The position numbers and the translations under genes were made by a program. From positions 101,930,001 to 101,994,000 of the forward strand of contig NW_024704742.1 in NCBI RefSeq assembly GCF_018977255.1: a stretch of DNA of 64,000 nt, read 5' to 3'. This DNA is from Callorhinchus milii. Lineage: Eukaryota. Positions 11,303-24,334 of this stretch are shown piece by piece. The notes under the pieces were generated by a model, which searched no databases, was not told the origin of the DNA, and saw only the letters and a program-made list of their open reading frames with translations. Every line of letters begins with the position of its first letter. Position 1 is the stretch's first letter.

Positions 11303-13048
11303 TGGCCATGAACCTGGGTTCTAAGGAATTATTAACAAACAAGCAGACAGGACTTTGGTTGAACAGCTCATTTGAAGGGCAGCCCTCCAACAGTGAGGCA
11401 CTCCTCTAAGTATTGAAGTGGAATGTCCCAGCAGGGCAGGGCGGGGGGGGCTGGAAACCATGACCTTCTAGGTCAAAGTGAGAGTGCTACCATAGCTGAC
11501 ACCTAAAATGTATCAGAAATGTGCATTTTTTGGTTGAGTGGTATCCTGGAATTGGGGAAGGAATTGTCTCGAAAAAGTGATAAGACACTATATCAAATGC
11601 AAGGATTATTATTATTTTATTAATATCCTATCAACAGATAGGATATTTCACCCATAAATAAAACAGGAAGAGATAAAAAAGCATGAAAATTAGATTTCAG
11701 TGAGATGGCAGAAGAGTCCAGGAAACACAGGAAGGGATAGGGAATATTTACTAAGAACCTTTACTCAGAAAGTACAGTGCAGAAACAGGCCACTTAGCCC
11801 AACCAGTGTGTGCCAGGAGGGTAGATCTGGTAGGAATGAGGAAAAGTAAATGGCACATTCTTTCGGGACCACATTTTGTTCAAGAGTGATTTTTCACTGT
11901 TCCACCAATGAAAATGTTGCTTTTGCAAGGCTTGTATCCCGTAGGCAAAGATTGCTTACTATCTGTAATATCTCTACTTCTGTAACGTGTGTTTTCGCTT
12001 CAGGGTGGGGGAGAAAGGAAAATATATCCAGTAGGGAGATGGTGGATTCTGCAGCAGTGAGAGTCAGCACTTTTCTTGTGAGAGTCAAAATCCAAAATGC
12101 ACTTTAAATCAGTGAAGTCCTATAAATTTCAAAGAATTCCTACTTGAGAGGTAAAGAAAATTGTACAGAAAATAACTGCTGTACAGCTCTTTATGCTGCC
12201 TCCAAACATTTATGCAAAAATAGATTTAGAATAAATAAGAAAGTTTAAATAAAAGAATACAATAGACAATGATTACTTTACATCTGAAAAAATATTTTGA
12301 CATTGTACAAATGCAGGCACACATTTGTTTTAGTTAATATTGCCAAGTCCTTTTCTGCCAGCATAGATGTGTCAAAATCACAGGCTGACCTCTGTTCCAT
12401 GATCTGAAGCCAAGAAATGTACTCTGTTCATCTGGCACACGTTTGAGACTTTTCAGTTTCCTTCCATTGTTTTTGAGATTTTTTTTAAAATGTCAAAACA
12501 TTTGTTATGGCACTGAAATCTGAAACTCAAAACAAATAATTTGGACAAATTACAAGAGTAGGGGGCTAGCCATCTGTATATAGCTCATTGGCTCACTACT
12601 AATTTTGTGTTAAACCGAATAAGGTTATTTGTGCATTCTGAATGCCACTGCAGTTGAGACAGTCAAAGCTCACGAACATTTTTAGTAAACAATAAATGAA
12701 ATGTAGCAAACCAACACACGAAACCTCTGCTCTCTCGAAGATCGGTTTGGAGCCTGGCTCTTTCACATAGGTGTGATGGACATGAGGTTCCTTGGAAGAG
12801 ATGTACTTTACATCCTGGATTACTTTATCTTATATAAGGCAGCATTTACACTTCTGTGCAAGAGCTTTTTGACTCCATTGTGGTTGATTTGAAATATGTC
12901 ACAGGTGAAAAATAAACTCAACAAAAACAGTAGATTTCAAGGGCAAAAAGCATGACTTTGTTTCTGCAGATGGATGGTAGGTTGTTCTGAGGTATTGAAG
13001 CTTGAAAAGCACAATATGTAACTGATTAAAGTGTCTGTTTGATTGCAG

Positions 13049-13139
13049 CCGCCCTCAGAAGGTGTGCCTCTGCCCGTTCCTGCCAGTTCACCCCTTGAAT
13101 GTCTCGACGTGCCTGTATATAGTTCAGCATCCAGCAGAG
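13049..13139 (+). CDS. DTWD2: DTWD2 internal coding exon (equivalent to exon 2), 91 nt
   Basis: Acceptor gtttgattgcag and donor GAG|gtgagt. Translates (1 nt)+[30 protein letters not shown], which matches the remembered DTWD2 N-terminal Cys/HPAE region. Ends in phase 0, matching the next exon. Confidence 0.95.
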
Positions 13140-14734
13140 GTGAGTGAGGCTATGGGAAGGGGCATAGATCAGCATCCGTTTAGTATGGGAAAGGGCAAGC
13201 GGAAACAATCTCATATAAATCAGCTGTGACTTCCATCAGTCTCTCCAAGCTGTGTATGGGGTGTAGCTATTACAAAATCTGCACATTTGTCTAAAACCGG
13301 TGGTCTTCCGCACTATTTGCACGCTCTCATCATAATAAAGTAACGTCATCCCTGTTGTTTTGAAACTTGTTGCAGTGACCTTGCTGCAATTTCCTGTTCC
13401 AGCCATTTGGAGCTGCTTAATTGTAGAGAGGCAATATTGTGTGACCAGCAATATTATCATTCGCTGAATAAAGCAACCGGTTCATTTAAACTTGCTGATG
13501 GACAGCTGCCTGTCAATAGTGCCTAAATAATAATAACAAAAAAAAATGTTGAGTACAATCTGGCAGTGAGTCTGCAGGGTTTGGCATTTGTTCTGTATCA
13601 CAGACGAAAAAGGTCACACTTGGGGGTTGGAGATAGCTATCTTACAAAACATTAAGCTATAACATCCCTGGCCTTGAAGGCATCCAAACTGCACCTGGCT
13701 TAGCCGAGAGGGTACTCAGGCCCCTGACTCACAGTTCAACGGGAGGGAAGCAAGAGCAGCCTGAAGTGATTCGTCTTCCAATATTTAATTTCCTTCCTGA
13801 GGGGAAACATCTGTGCTGTATTCATAAATATGTGTCAAAGGCATAAATCTATGCTCTGCAATAATTTGGTGCAGTATAGTGAAGCATCACCATGCTTTAC
13901 CATGCAGTCTACTGGTTTAATGTTCATTGGCATTCAACCATCTCCCCACTAGTTTGATATTGGCTTCTCAGATATAGACTCCGTGTTGCCATATTTATAA
14001 CATTATTTTGTAATATTTTGGGGAATAATTCACAGTGAGTTTGGGTGTAGTAATCTATTTGTGATTTCATCATTGCCTATTCTGCCTGATGGAGGCGACT
14101 TACTACAAAATCCCTCTCTTCCTGTTTGAGGATGGGATTTGATCTTCAGTCAGTATCTTGAGCAATGTGAGATGGAAGAAATCGATAGAGCTGGGAGTCA
14201 AATTTGCACCCCTCTTGTATCTGCTGGACTGGTACAGAGTGCTCATTTTGAAATTGGTGATATTTACAGCATCCATATTTCTGTTTCTGACTATATTGAA
14301 CAAAGTGACAGTATTTTCTTGTTGTGGATAAATATTAGCTTGCAGTTGAGGTTTGCCAAATAAATATTTACTTTCTCTTGCTGTAAATAGACTCTGCAGA
14401 ACAGCAAAAACTTGAGCTCAGTGAACGAATTCCCAGTGTGACCCTGAATTGTCCAAATTAGGAAGGCTGCAGGTTTAAATCCTGATGTAAGCTGATCTCA
14501 GCTGAGGCAGCAGTGCTGTAGAAGTGCTACAATTGCTTTCATTTTGCTTTAGCTTCAGAACAGGCATTTGCAGCTTCAACAAGTTGACATTAAATGCAGA
14601 CGCACAGAACATTCGATTTAGACGATCAAAACTCCCCTTTCATTACATCACATTTTAAATTTTCTTTTAGATCCAAACGTCAGGTTACAACTTGTTGCAA
14701 CTTTGACCACATTTTATCCAATTACTTTATCCAA

Positions 14735-14990
14735 TGATGGGATGGGTCGGGGGAAGAACATGAAGTGAGCTGCTGTTAGCTGAGTGGAGGGAGTCTGTGG
14801 GATAGTCGGAGGTCACACAAATGGAGCAAGGCTGTGGGGGGATTTGAACTTGAGGATGACGATCATTAGTTCGATCCACCGGGGGCTTGGGGGTGGTGAG
14901 GGTTGAATGAGCCATGTGAGGATGGAGGTCTTAAGACTCACGACGCTTGATATAAAAGAGGACAGGGCTGCAGACCAGGATAACTGGGAG
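14735..14990 (-). mobile_element. Degenerate L2 3' fragment
   Basis: Decayed match to the L2 ORF2 C-terminal region (...RxKFKxL...PTHPIIG). Confidence 0.6.
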
Positions 14991-16611
14991 AAAACTGCAT
15001 GTTTCTTTGACATAGTGATTCCAGGGCTCTCTCTTTATGTCTACACGAATCACAAGACAAATGAACGTAAATGGAGCGTAAAGCTAAGAAGAATAGAATA
15101 TGATTTGAAAATAAATAATAAAATTGTACTCAATAGAAATGAAAACAGATATTTAAATAGTCAGTCTGCGCCAGCACCAATCCCACAAACAGTGAGCAAA
15201 ATCAAAATAAAAGAAGAGAATGAAAGGAAAAAAGAGAAAAGAAAAACCTGAGTAAAAATCAAAGGGGTTTGGGGTCTGGGGTTGGGGCTAATTCATGCAC
15301 ACTGAGAAGGGTTGAGGCCTGGATCAGAAACAGTTCCAGTGTATTGGAGGAGAGAACATAATATTCATTGTGTTTCAAAGAATATTAGCACTGTGTTAGT
15401 AAGGTTCTAGTTATAAATAATACTTAAATTTCAAAATGTCTCAAAGTGATTAACAAGAAGTTACTTTAAAGTGTAATGAATGTTGTTGTATAGTTATCCG
15501 ATCGTTTTCTTTTACATATTCAACCAATAAAACTATTATTTTTAACTTGAATAAGAATGTGACAACAGTTACTCTTTTAATTCATGACCTCAGGTGGAAA
15601 GAAGTTTGCAACCACCAATTTGTACAAATTTAATAATTTACAAGGCAGCAAAGCTGGCCAAGACTATCGCTATAGCACAGTATGCTAGTGTTCCAGGATT
15701 TTGTGCAGTGGAGTGCGATGTGTGTTCACGCTTAAGTTCCCTGTGGAGCACAGGACTGTGCTGACCTGCCACGACATGCGTGTTGTAACACGTTGACCAT
15801 ATTTTATCTTAATTAATTCTTAAAAGCAAAGTAAAGGTCTCGCTCATTCCTTTCTCTCTTTCCCCTTCTTTGTCCCACTCCCCCAACCTGAATTTAAAGC
15901 AGGATTGTTTCTATACAAACATATTATTTGTTTGGTCAGCCAGATGTCTAACACATTCGGAAACTCCTTACCATGTCTCAAGAGTATCCCAAACAGACTG
16001 AGAGTTCCACATATATATATATATATATATATCACCTGCACATGGCATTTCCCTGTGTCTGTACTCTCTTCCTGGAGGGATGCAGCATGTAGCTGATCCT
16101 AGAGAGCATTAGGTGCAGGATGGCAAGAGCCAAAGTTTGCGGACCCAAAAAGGGTGCATTAAGGTACTGCTTGAGTTCAACCAGTTAAAAACAAAATAGC
16201 TTGCCATTGATAGCCCTGTCTAGCAAGTTTCTCGCTGTTTGTCCAGCTGGAACCACCCTACCCATTAAGGTTTTAGCTTGCATGATTAACATGAGTTGAG
16301 TTGAAAAATGCCTGCTCCCAATCAATAAATTCTTATAAATTCCCAAAGGATTTCTCAGAAACTTAGCACTAGCTTTGGGAGAATATAAAATGGTTAAAGT
16401 AGGGTTGATTTCTCAGATCCTTCTCATCATTGTGCAGTTTTCAAGAGTCATTTGTGGTATGCATGCTCCATTTTCATAATATGAACTGCAAAGAGAAGAT
16501 AATAACCTGTAATGGACTTCAAAATTGTGAATTGACATTTGATGATTGAGTTGATTTTACCAGTTTAATGGCTGGAACTTTAAAATCCCTTTGTGTTTAT
16601 CTTTGAATCAG

Positions 16612-16706
16612 GAGAGTAGAGTACTGCGAACTGTCCCACTGCTAGCTGCCTGCCTTCCACCAGACAAATGCAAAGTCTTTGTTGGACGCCGGTTTAACGA
16701 GGACAG
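16612..16706 (+). CDS. DTWD2: DTWD2 internal coding exon (equivalent to exon 3), 95 nt
   Basis: Acceptor tttatctttgaatcag and donor AG|gtaaag. Translates [31 protein letters not shown]+AG. Phase 0 in, phase 2 out. Confidence 0.95.
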
Positions 16707-16992
16707 GTAAAGATGCAATCTATTCTATAGTTGCTGTTATCTAAATTGACAAGGAAATAGATGCCAGGTGCACAACTTTGCTGGACCACCAAAGAAAGCA
16801 ACCATGGATAACCTCCTTGGCTGCCCAGGGAAAAGAATTCCACTGATACATCATCTCAAGACAGTTCTAAAACTAGAAGAATAACACATCGTACTAAAAA
16901 AATTCAGTATGAAATAATATAAAACGCTCCAAATCAGCTGTCAGAAAGACATACAACTGCACATTTTCTGCTGGGTGGCACTGTCATTCATA

Positions 16993-17325
16993 TAATAATC
17001 TTATATTTGGTATAGTGTCTTTCACGTTGGGAGGACTCCCAAAGTGCTTAACAGGTTATACTGTAAAGTGTAGTGACTGTGTTCTGTGGTGAAACAGAGC
17101 AGCCGACTTTGTGCACAGCAATGTCCCACAAACAGCCATTAAGTAAAAGACCAATTTTTCTTTTGGCCACAGGATCTTTAATCTACCTGAATAGGCAGAT
17201 GGGCCTTAGTTTAATGTCTCATCTGATTGCTGCATTGGAATGTCAGCCATTAAGCAGCTGTGAACTCAAAATCCCTCGAGTCCACAACCTTCTGATTCAG
17301 AAGATTTTTTTGGTCAGTTGATGGT
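16993..17325 (-). mobile_element. Old Deu-domain SINE (SacSINE1/AmnSINE-like)
   Basis: Reverse complement contains agatgagacattaaactaaggcccatctgcctattcaggtagattaaagatcc (Deu-like), a tRNA-like head and an L2-like tail. Confidence 0.7.
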
Positions 17326-18144
17326 AAACGTGTAATCCCATCGCCACACCTATGATTCCAAAGCAGGCTTAAGAGTTCCATATACGCCACTTACACATCC
17401 CATGTCTAGCATTGAATGTGCGCTCTCTCCCTGAACCTTGGTTACCAAATTCCAGAGGGTATTAGGTGAAGGTTGACAAGAACCAAAACTTAGGGAGCCC
17501 AAAATGTGCATTGAGGCCCTGCTGGTTACCGCTAAAGTCACGTAACTTGCGATTGGAAGCACCAAAAAAGTAAATCCACCAGAACCAGCCAGGACTGACT
17601 CCCAGGCTGGCTCTTGTTGCAGTCCTATAATTTGGACTATAGTATTTAGAGTATTTATCTGACTGAATGCAGAGTTTGAATTCTCAAACCAGATCACTCC
17701 TCCCCAGTCATCACAGCCGTTCAAGTGGTGAACATGCAAAGTTGCTTTAGCGTTTTGAGGGCTAGATCTGGGTTAATTAGAAAACACACTCGATCTCTGG
17801 CTCATTTATTAAAGCAGTACATGTGTTGCAATGCAGACTTAACTTTATCCCTTGGTATTAATTTAATTTAATTTTAGGCTCATTTAAAGGAATATACATG
17901 AATTGCTGCAAGGTTTTTGAACAGTTATGGATTTGTCATTCAGCACTTGTCAGTCCTACACTTCAAACAAATGAAAGATTCAAGTATCTTGCTGTATTTG
18001 AAACAGCTCCATTACATTTATCCATAATATAAAAACATGTGCAGATAACCTGGAAGTTCCAACAGAGCCTGGAAATCCTCATAACTCAATGACAGATTAT
18101 TTAAAAAGAAATTCAACTCCATTTTAATATTCCTCTCCTCATTC

Positions 18145-18467
18145 TGGAGTTTTGTAGCTCAGTGGTTAGAGCACTCGCCTTGCAAGCGAGGCACCTGGGT
18201 TCAATTCCAGGCAGGGCGAAACCTTGGGCAAGTTTCCTTACACCACACGCCTAATAATAATCCCTCCAAAACAAAAAACAATAATAAATTGGTCACTTCA
18301 ATCCACAACTATTTGTGGGACACTGCTGTGCGCAATTGGCTGCTGCGTTTCGCCCACAAATATACGGTAAATTCACTTTACAGTCTATTCTATGAAGCGC
18401 TTTGAGACATCGAGAAGACGTGAAAAGCGCTATATCAAATGCAATGATTATTATTATATTATTATAT
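18145..18467 (+). mobile_element. Full-length tRNA-derived SINE, short form
   Basis: Complete head, body and tail, same family as 10150. Confidence 0.92.
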
Positions 18468-18674
18468 TCTGAAGGGATCGTTCCCTCCGGGATTCCTTAG
18501 TTCATTCCACCGTCAGACTACCAGCTGCTCTCCTTCCCCTGGCACCTTCCCATGCCAGTGCAGGAGATGTAATACAGGCCCTTTCACCTCCTCCCAGACC
18601 ACTATCCAAGACCCCAAACACAGCTTCCATGTAAGACAGCAGTTTACATGTACTACAACCAATGTAGTATACTG

Positions 18675-19247
18675 CCTTCATGCCTTCATCACCTCCAGGC
18701 TCAACTATGCAAACGCCCTTCTTGTCGGCCTTCCCAACTTCTCCCTCCACAGGCTGCAGATAATTCAGAACTCTGCAGCCCGTGTCCTCTCCCGCACCAA
18801 ACTCTGTGACCCCATCTCCCCCACCCTCGGCCAACTCCATTGGCTCCCTATCCTCCAGAGGATCCAGTTCAAGATCCTGGTCCTCACATACAAAGCCCTC
18901 CATGGCCTCTGCCCACCTACCTCTGCGACCTCCTAACCCCCTACCAACCTGCCTGTTCCCTCCGCTCAGCCGGCTCTGGCCTGCTCCATGTCCCCTGACC
19001 CACCCGCCCCACCATTGGAGGGAGAGCCTTCAGCCACTCTGCCCCCAATCTCTGGAATTCCATTCCGCTCCCTTCTTAGCCTCCTTCAAGTCCCGCCTCA
19101 AGACCCTCCTCTTCGGTCATGCCATCGGCCATTCCCTTCCCCTTCCCTCCCCGACTTCAGCTCGGGTCTAAAATGCTGTACTCTGTCCAGGGCCTTGGGA
19201 GGTCCTCCCGACATGAAAGGGGCTATACAAATGTAATCTTGTTGTTG
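18675..19247 (+). mobile_element. L2 3' fragment nested in the Penelope-like element
   Basis: HAFITSRLNYANALL...LHWLPI...IQFKIL peptide. Ends ctatacaaatgtaatc(TTG)n. Confidence 0.92.
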
Positions 19248-19824
19248 TATCCGTTGCTCATGGTGTGGTTTCCTCCATATTGGGGAGACTAAGTGGAGAT
19301 TGGGTGACCAATTTGCAGAACACCTCCGTTCTGTACGCAAGGTCAACTCTGATCTTCCCGTCTCCTGCCATTTTAACTCACACTCCCATTCACAGTCTGA
19401 CCTCTCCATCCATGGTCTCCTACGCTGTTCTAATGATCCTCAGCGAAAGCTTGAGGGACAGCATCTTATCTATCTGCTGGGGACCCTACAGCCCTTTGGC
19501 CTTAATATCAATTTCAGCCACTTCAGACCATAACAGCTCATCTTCCCCCCTCCCCTCTTTCTGTTACCAGAAGAGTTATCTTCTGTTATTAATACAATCA
19601 TCACCCCAGACACTCTTTGTCTCTCTCTGGTGTGTGGCCTGTTCTGCACCATTAACACCTCTTCTCCCCAGTTTTGTTTCAAACCCCCTCCCTCCCCACC
19701 CGCCTTTTGGTTCATGCCACTATCACCTCTTTAACCCATCAACTAACACATTCTCTCCTTTGTCTTATTTTTGGTCTTCTTTGTCTCACTTGTCTTTAAA
19801 AACCTCTCCCTCCCAACATGCCCC

Positions 19825-19861
19825 AGTTCTGACGAAGGGTCATGGACCCGAAACGTTAACT
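19825..19861 (+). ncRNA. Minimal type-I hammerhead ribozyme motif of a Penelope-like element
   Basis: agtt-CUGACGA-a-gggtc(atg)gaccc-GAA-A(cg)U-U-aact: stem I agtt/aact, stem II gggtc/gaccc, palindromic ACGU in place of stem III. Confidence 0.75.
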
Positions 19862-20273
19862 CACTTTCCTTTCTCCATAGATTCTGCCTGACCTTCTCAG
19901 CTCTCTGTTTTTGTATCAGATTTCCAACTTCTGCAGTATTTTGTGTTTTGTCCATTTTAATATTGTTTTGTTTGGTTTTGCTTTTTTTATATAAAATTGC
20001 ATTTTGACTTTTTTGCTGAACAGTGTCTGGTAACTGAAATAACTGTCATTTCGCAATTTATTGCCCACATCTGTAATAGGAATACTGCTTCCTTACCAGT
20101 TTTGCTGATTTTGCCAGTGATGTTTGCCATTTTTAAATCTTCTTAACGGTATCTTAAGACAAAAAAAAATTTAAACTAAATCCCACCAATTTTTTTCACT
20201 CCCTTGCACTCATGAACACATTTAATGCCTTTTTCCTGCTGCTGGGGTATGGCTTCACAGGTGTATTGTCACT

Positions 20274-20480
20274 ATAATAATAATAATGCTTGCATTCGAT
20301 ATAGTGCCTTATCACGTCTTTTAGATGTCTCAAAGTGCTTCACAGAATATACTGTGAAGTGAATTGACTGTATATTTGTGTGCGAAACACAGCAGCCACT
20401 TGCGCACAGCAGTGTCCCACAAACAGTCGTGGATTGAAGTGATCAAGTTATTATTGTTTTATTTTCTTGAGGGATTATTA
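20274..20480 (-). mobile_element. 5'-truncated tRNA-derived SINE
   Basis: Reverse complement of family body and tail. Confidence 0.85.
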
Positions 20481-22530
20481 TCACTCACACAAGGGGCCAT
20501 TCTTCAAATATGAACCTTGTCAGTGCGTGATGGTATTTGCTGGATTCAATCCACACCCATCAGGTTTTCTAGATTGTGATCAAGAGTGGGAATTCTTCCC
20601 AAACCCAGGAGGACCGAGGCCAATTATAGTGTCCTAATGAGATTGGTTAGCTCAGCACACATTAAGATTTGAATCCGTAATCTTCAACCTTCATGGACTA
20701 GTGTTGCATTGGCCAGTATCTTTATGCACAAGGCCATCAGGGAAGCTACAAAAATCAAGTTAATCAGATTTTTTTCCAACCAACTTTTGATAGCAGAACC
20801 TTATTGTATGTGATGCTTATCACTAAAAATAATGAGACATCAGAGTGTCTCTGTACCATCAATGCTGTAATTCAATTGGTTAAGTATATCCATTTGCAAG
20901 TGAAACTCATCAAGATTGTGAAATAGAGGAGAATTTTTAAATAGTTTTTCCCAGGTGAAAAAGAAAAGGCTGAGTACTCAGCTGTTACATTTACATGGTG
21001 TACCTTTTGATTGTGATGGGACCAATCTATCAGCAAATCTAGATTGTTACAATTTAGTTAGTAGGTTCATATGTGACGCTAGTATAATGAGTATAAAGTG
21101 TTTGTTTTGTCGCATATCAACCTAGTAATTAATCTCTAGATTTATTCACCTACAAACTGCAGTCATAACACTTTACAATAAATCCTGTGAAGCCCTCTGA
21201 GACATTCTCTTGACGTAAAAAGTGCTATATCAAATGTAAGGTTTATTAATATTGAAATGTCCCGATGAAGAACTGTGACATTTTAATGTTTGACTCAAAA
21301 TCAAAGGTTATGACATAGTATTTAGCAGTTGACGTATCCTTTTTTCCAAGTGTTGTCAATGCTGCTACATCATTCAATTATTATATATGTGTGTGTGTGG
21401 GGTATATATATATTGATTGGTCTTTTGTGAAATTAAAGAAAATCCTAGCAACAATCAATACCCTTTCAAAAACTGATCATGTGATCCTATAGTTTTCCTG
21501 AGTTGTATAATTGTAGTGGTGCAGATTAGCCATAGCTGATATTTGCTGGAAAGGTCATGTGTAGGCATAGAGGACAAAATCAAACCTGACTGTGATATCT
21601 CTCCACTGTCAAGTAGCTTGCTGATATTTACCATCTACGCTCACATGTGAAGAATGACCACCATTTTTAGTAGTTGTTCAGTATCATAGCCTATCATTGC
21701 CTTCAGAAGAGAAAGTGAGGAAATTGGATGAGGAAGATAAAATGGGGATGAATTGAAAGAGTGTAGTTTTGCAGCTTCTATATTTTGGAAAATGTGCAAC
21801 TTTAACTTCTAATCTTTTAATATACACCAGCCACTCAGCTTGCATAGATGATGTTTAATATATTCAATTTTTTTCAAAAAATATTTAATTGTTGTGACAC
21901 CCTCCCCCTTCGCCCCCCNAAGGAAATGCTTGGTCACTGTCAAAGTATTAATAGCTGTCATTTTCAGTGTTCTACAAGCCCTATTAGCAGCAGTGGGTGA
22001 TGTAGTATAACCACTTGTCTGCAAGAGTACTTGTCACTTCTAATTAATTATTGGGCCTGAAACTGCTAATTACCCAGTGGAGAAAGGTCATGGAATGCCC
22101 ACAGCTAAATGGCTGGCTTTCTGTGAAAGAACATAATGAAGACTGAGGAGCAACAATAATGGGGTGTTTCCCATTTTATGGACATAATCATTTAGAAAAT
22201 GGGTTCCCTTTACATTAACCTGGTGGTCAGAGTTTCAGGTTTAAAAGGAATAAATGGCACAGACATAATAGGCTCAAAAGCCTCCTTTGTGCAGAACATT
22301 TCTTTATTTCTAGTGATGCTTTAATATAATCAGTATTGGCGATAGAATTCCTACAAGTGGTGCCAAGTACAAATCTGAACAAGATGTTTTAAGTACCTAA
22401 TTTCAATTGAATAGCAGTCCTGTTATGCTGCCGGTCACAATTTTGTACATGAGCCTGAGTAGACCCTTTCCATATCCTGCATCTCTAACCCTTTATCTTA
22501 CCCAGAATATGATACATTGATGACTTAATA

Positions 22531-22706
22531 CAGCGAGGTCAATCAGGCGGCCCGCAGGCAACATCTGACCTGGCCGGTGAGTTTATCCGGCCTGAGACCA
22601 TTTCCAGCATTCCAACTTCCGCTGCCTCCCTCCCTGATGAACGTCCTCCCAGGGCAGCAGCAATAAAGAATCCAGCCCACAGCAGCCAAAAGGTTGGATC
22701 GCCCTG
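22531..22706. mobile_element. hAT/Charlie-like MITE, 176 bp, degenerate
   Basis: Starts cagcgaggtcaatc-aggcggcccgc and ends gccaaaaggttggatcgccctg, giving CAG...CTG imperfect TIRs with ggcccgc subterminal motifs. The 8-bp flanks (acttaata / gtgtaatg) match only partly. Confidence 0.6.
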
Positions 22707-22789
22707 GTGTAATGGATTCGCTATCACCTGAGCTGGAGAGGAGATAGATTTTCCTAAAACTAATTATGCTTTTAAAAATTAATATATAC

Positions 22790-23580
22790 ATATATATAGC
22801 AGGGAAATACAAACATAGTGCCTTTACCCAGGAAAACATTTCAAAGTGATTCACAGAAACTGAGTGGGAGTTTGGGGGTAGGGGGATAGGATGGAAGTAA
22901 CTGAAGGATCAAGTAAATATGAGGGCTCTTAGGTTGGTTTTGATTGGAATGATGAGAGGTGATGAGGAATATTGGGAGAGAGTTCCAGGTTTAGGGAGCA
23001 AAGAGGCTGAAAGGACACCCATGGTGAAGGGTGGGAGACATGAAGCAGACCTGAGTTAGCGGAGTGTAGGACAGGGATGCAGATCCCAGATATAGGGTGT
23101 GGCCACTTTGTGGAGGCATTTGATAGTGAGAACGAGAATCTTAAGTGGGGTGGGGGAGGGGGGCAGGGAGACAGGTGTAGGAGAAGGAAGCCAGTGTAGC
23201 TTGGCGAGGATGGCATTGATGCAGAGTCTAGCACAGGAGAGAATGCATGCTGTGGAGTTCTGGAGGATCTAGAGTTTTCGGAGGATTTTTCTGAGAAGAC
23301 CAGTGTGGAGGATATTAGAGAAATGAAAACTGAGGCTAGGAGGTTTGTGTTAGGGTGAGAGAGGTACAGAAGTGGGCGATGATGCAGAGATGAAGAAAAG
23401 CGGACTTGTTGAAGGACTGAATGTAAGGTTTAAAGAAGAGTTGAAGATTGAACACAACGCTGCAGTTGTGCACTGGAGTGAGAAGCCAGGGACCTTGTTT
23501 CAGTTGCAGCAAGAGGTGAGGAGGAGGTATCAGGAGCCAAGCATGGGGTCTTCACTTGTGTCAACACCAAGTTGAAGGAA
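22790..23580 (-). mobile_element. Old, highly diverged L2 3' fragment
   Basis: Purine-rich + strand with decayed L2 landmarks (gagttccag, gaggctgaa, gccagtg, gagttctgga). Confidence 0.65.
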
Positions 23581-24334
23581 ATGATATCATGCACGTGCAG
23601 CCATAAAACCATAGAAATTTACGGCACCGAAGAAGGCCATTCAGACAATCGTGTCTTTGTCGAGCGTGCAGGAAATTACATCAACAGCAAACCGATGACT
23701 TGGAAGTTGGTAATATTTTCACGCTTTGCTTATAACGTGGCCTCTAAGATGTTGGACCCAGAGGACTATGTTAAAATGAGGTTCCCCTGTATTTTATGCT
23801 CCCTGCCCAAAATGTGTTTCTTGTTTTGTTCTCTGTTTATGAGAAGTCTGTTTTGGAGGTTTTTTTAACCAAACAGTGCAGACACCGTGGCAGAGACAAA
23901 AGGCTAATAAAAGATGATTAGTGGTGCTGGCTCTCAAGAGAGATCGCTTTGCGTGACTGACACGATAGTAATGCTAGTTTTTTTCTCTGGTCATGTCCCA
24001 CTAGGAATTATGATGTTCACTAAAATTTATGATGTGTGTAATATGTTACTGAGGTTAAAAAAAAGTAACCCATTTTTTCCAGTGGTTATATGTTTCAATA
24101 TAAATAAATAGCTCATTGACACACAAATCCTAATGTACACATTTTGATCCAATGTTAATCCTGATAACAAAGGGCTGCTATTTTTCAGGAAATCCTAGCC
24201 AACATCATCATTTCCAGTGCTGTCACATCAGAACACTGTAAAATCCTTTATGAAACAAAGTAATACTCCAGGCAACACTCTTTAATGGCATACTGAAGTT
24301 TCTTAAATATGTTTTAAAAATTCTAGATTTCAGT

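Larger units (their letters stand above)
18470..19950 (+). mobile_element. 5'-truncated Penelope-like element (GIY-YIG endonuclease plus 3' region), interrupted by an L2 at 18675-19247
   Basis: Joined peptide ...PGTFPCQCRRCNTGPFT...FTCTTTNVVYC|IRCSWCGFLHIGETKWRLGDQFAEHLRSV...PVSCHFN...LGTLQPFGLN shows a Cys-rich linker and a GIY-YIG domain typical of Neptune-like PLEs. A hammerhead motif lies downstream. Confidence 0.9.

Noticed and set aside
11850..12107. Overlapping short ORFs (also 7089-7404 and 25092-25382) as exons of a nested gene
   Set aside because: I recognise no protein motif and no convincing splice-site pairs. A tblastx search would be needed to revive them.
21919..21919. Single N base
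   Set aside because: It is an ambiguous call after a C-run, which is a sequencing or assembly artefact.
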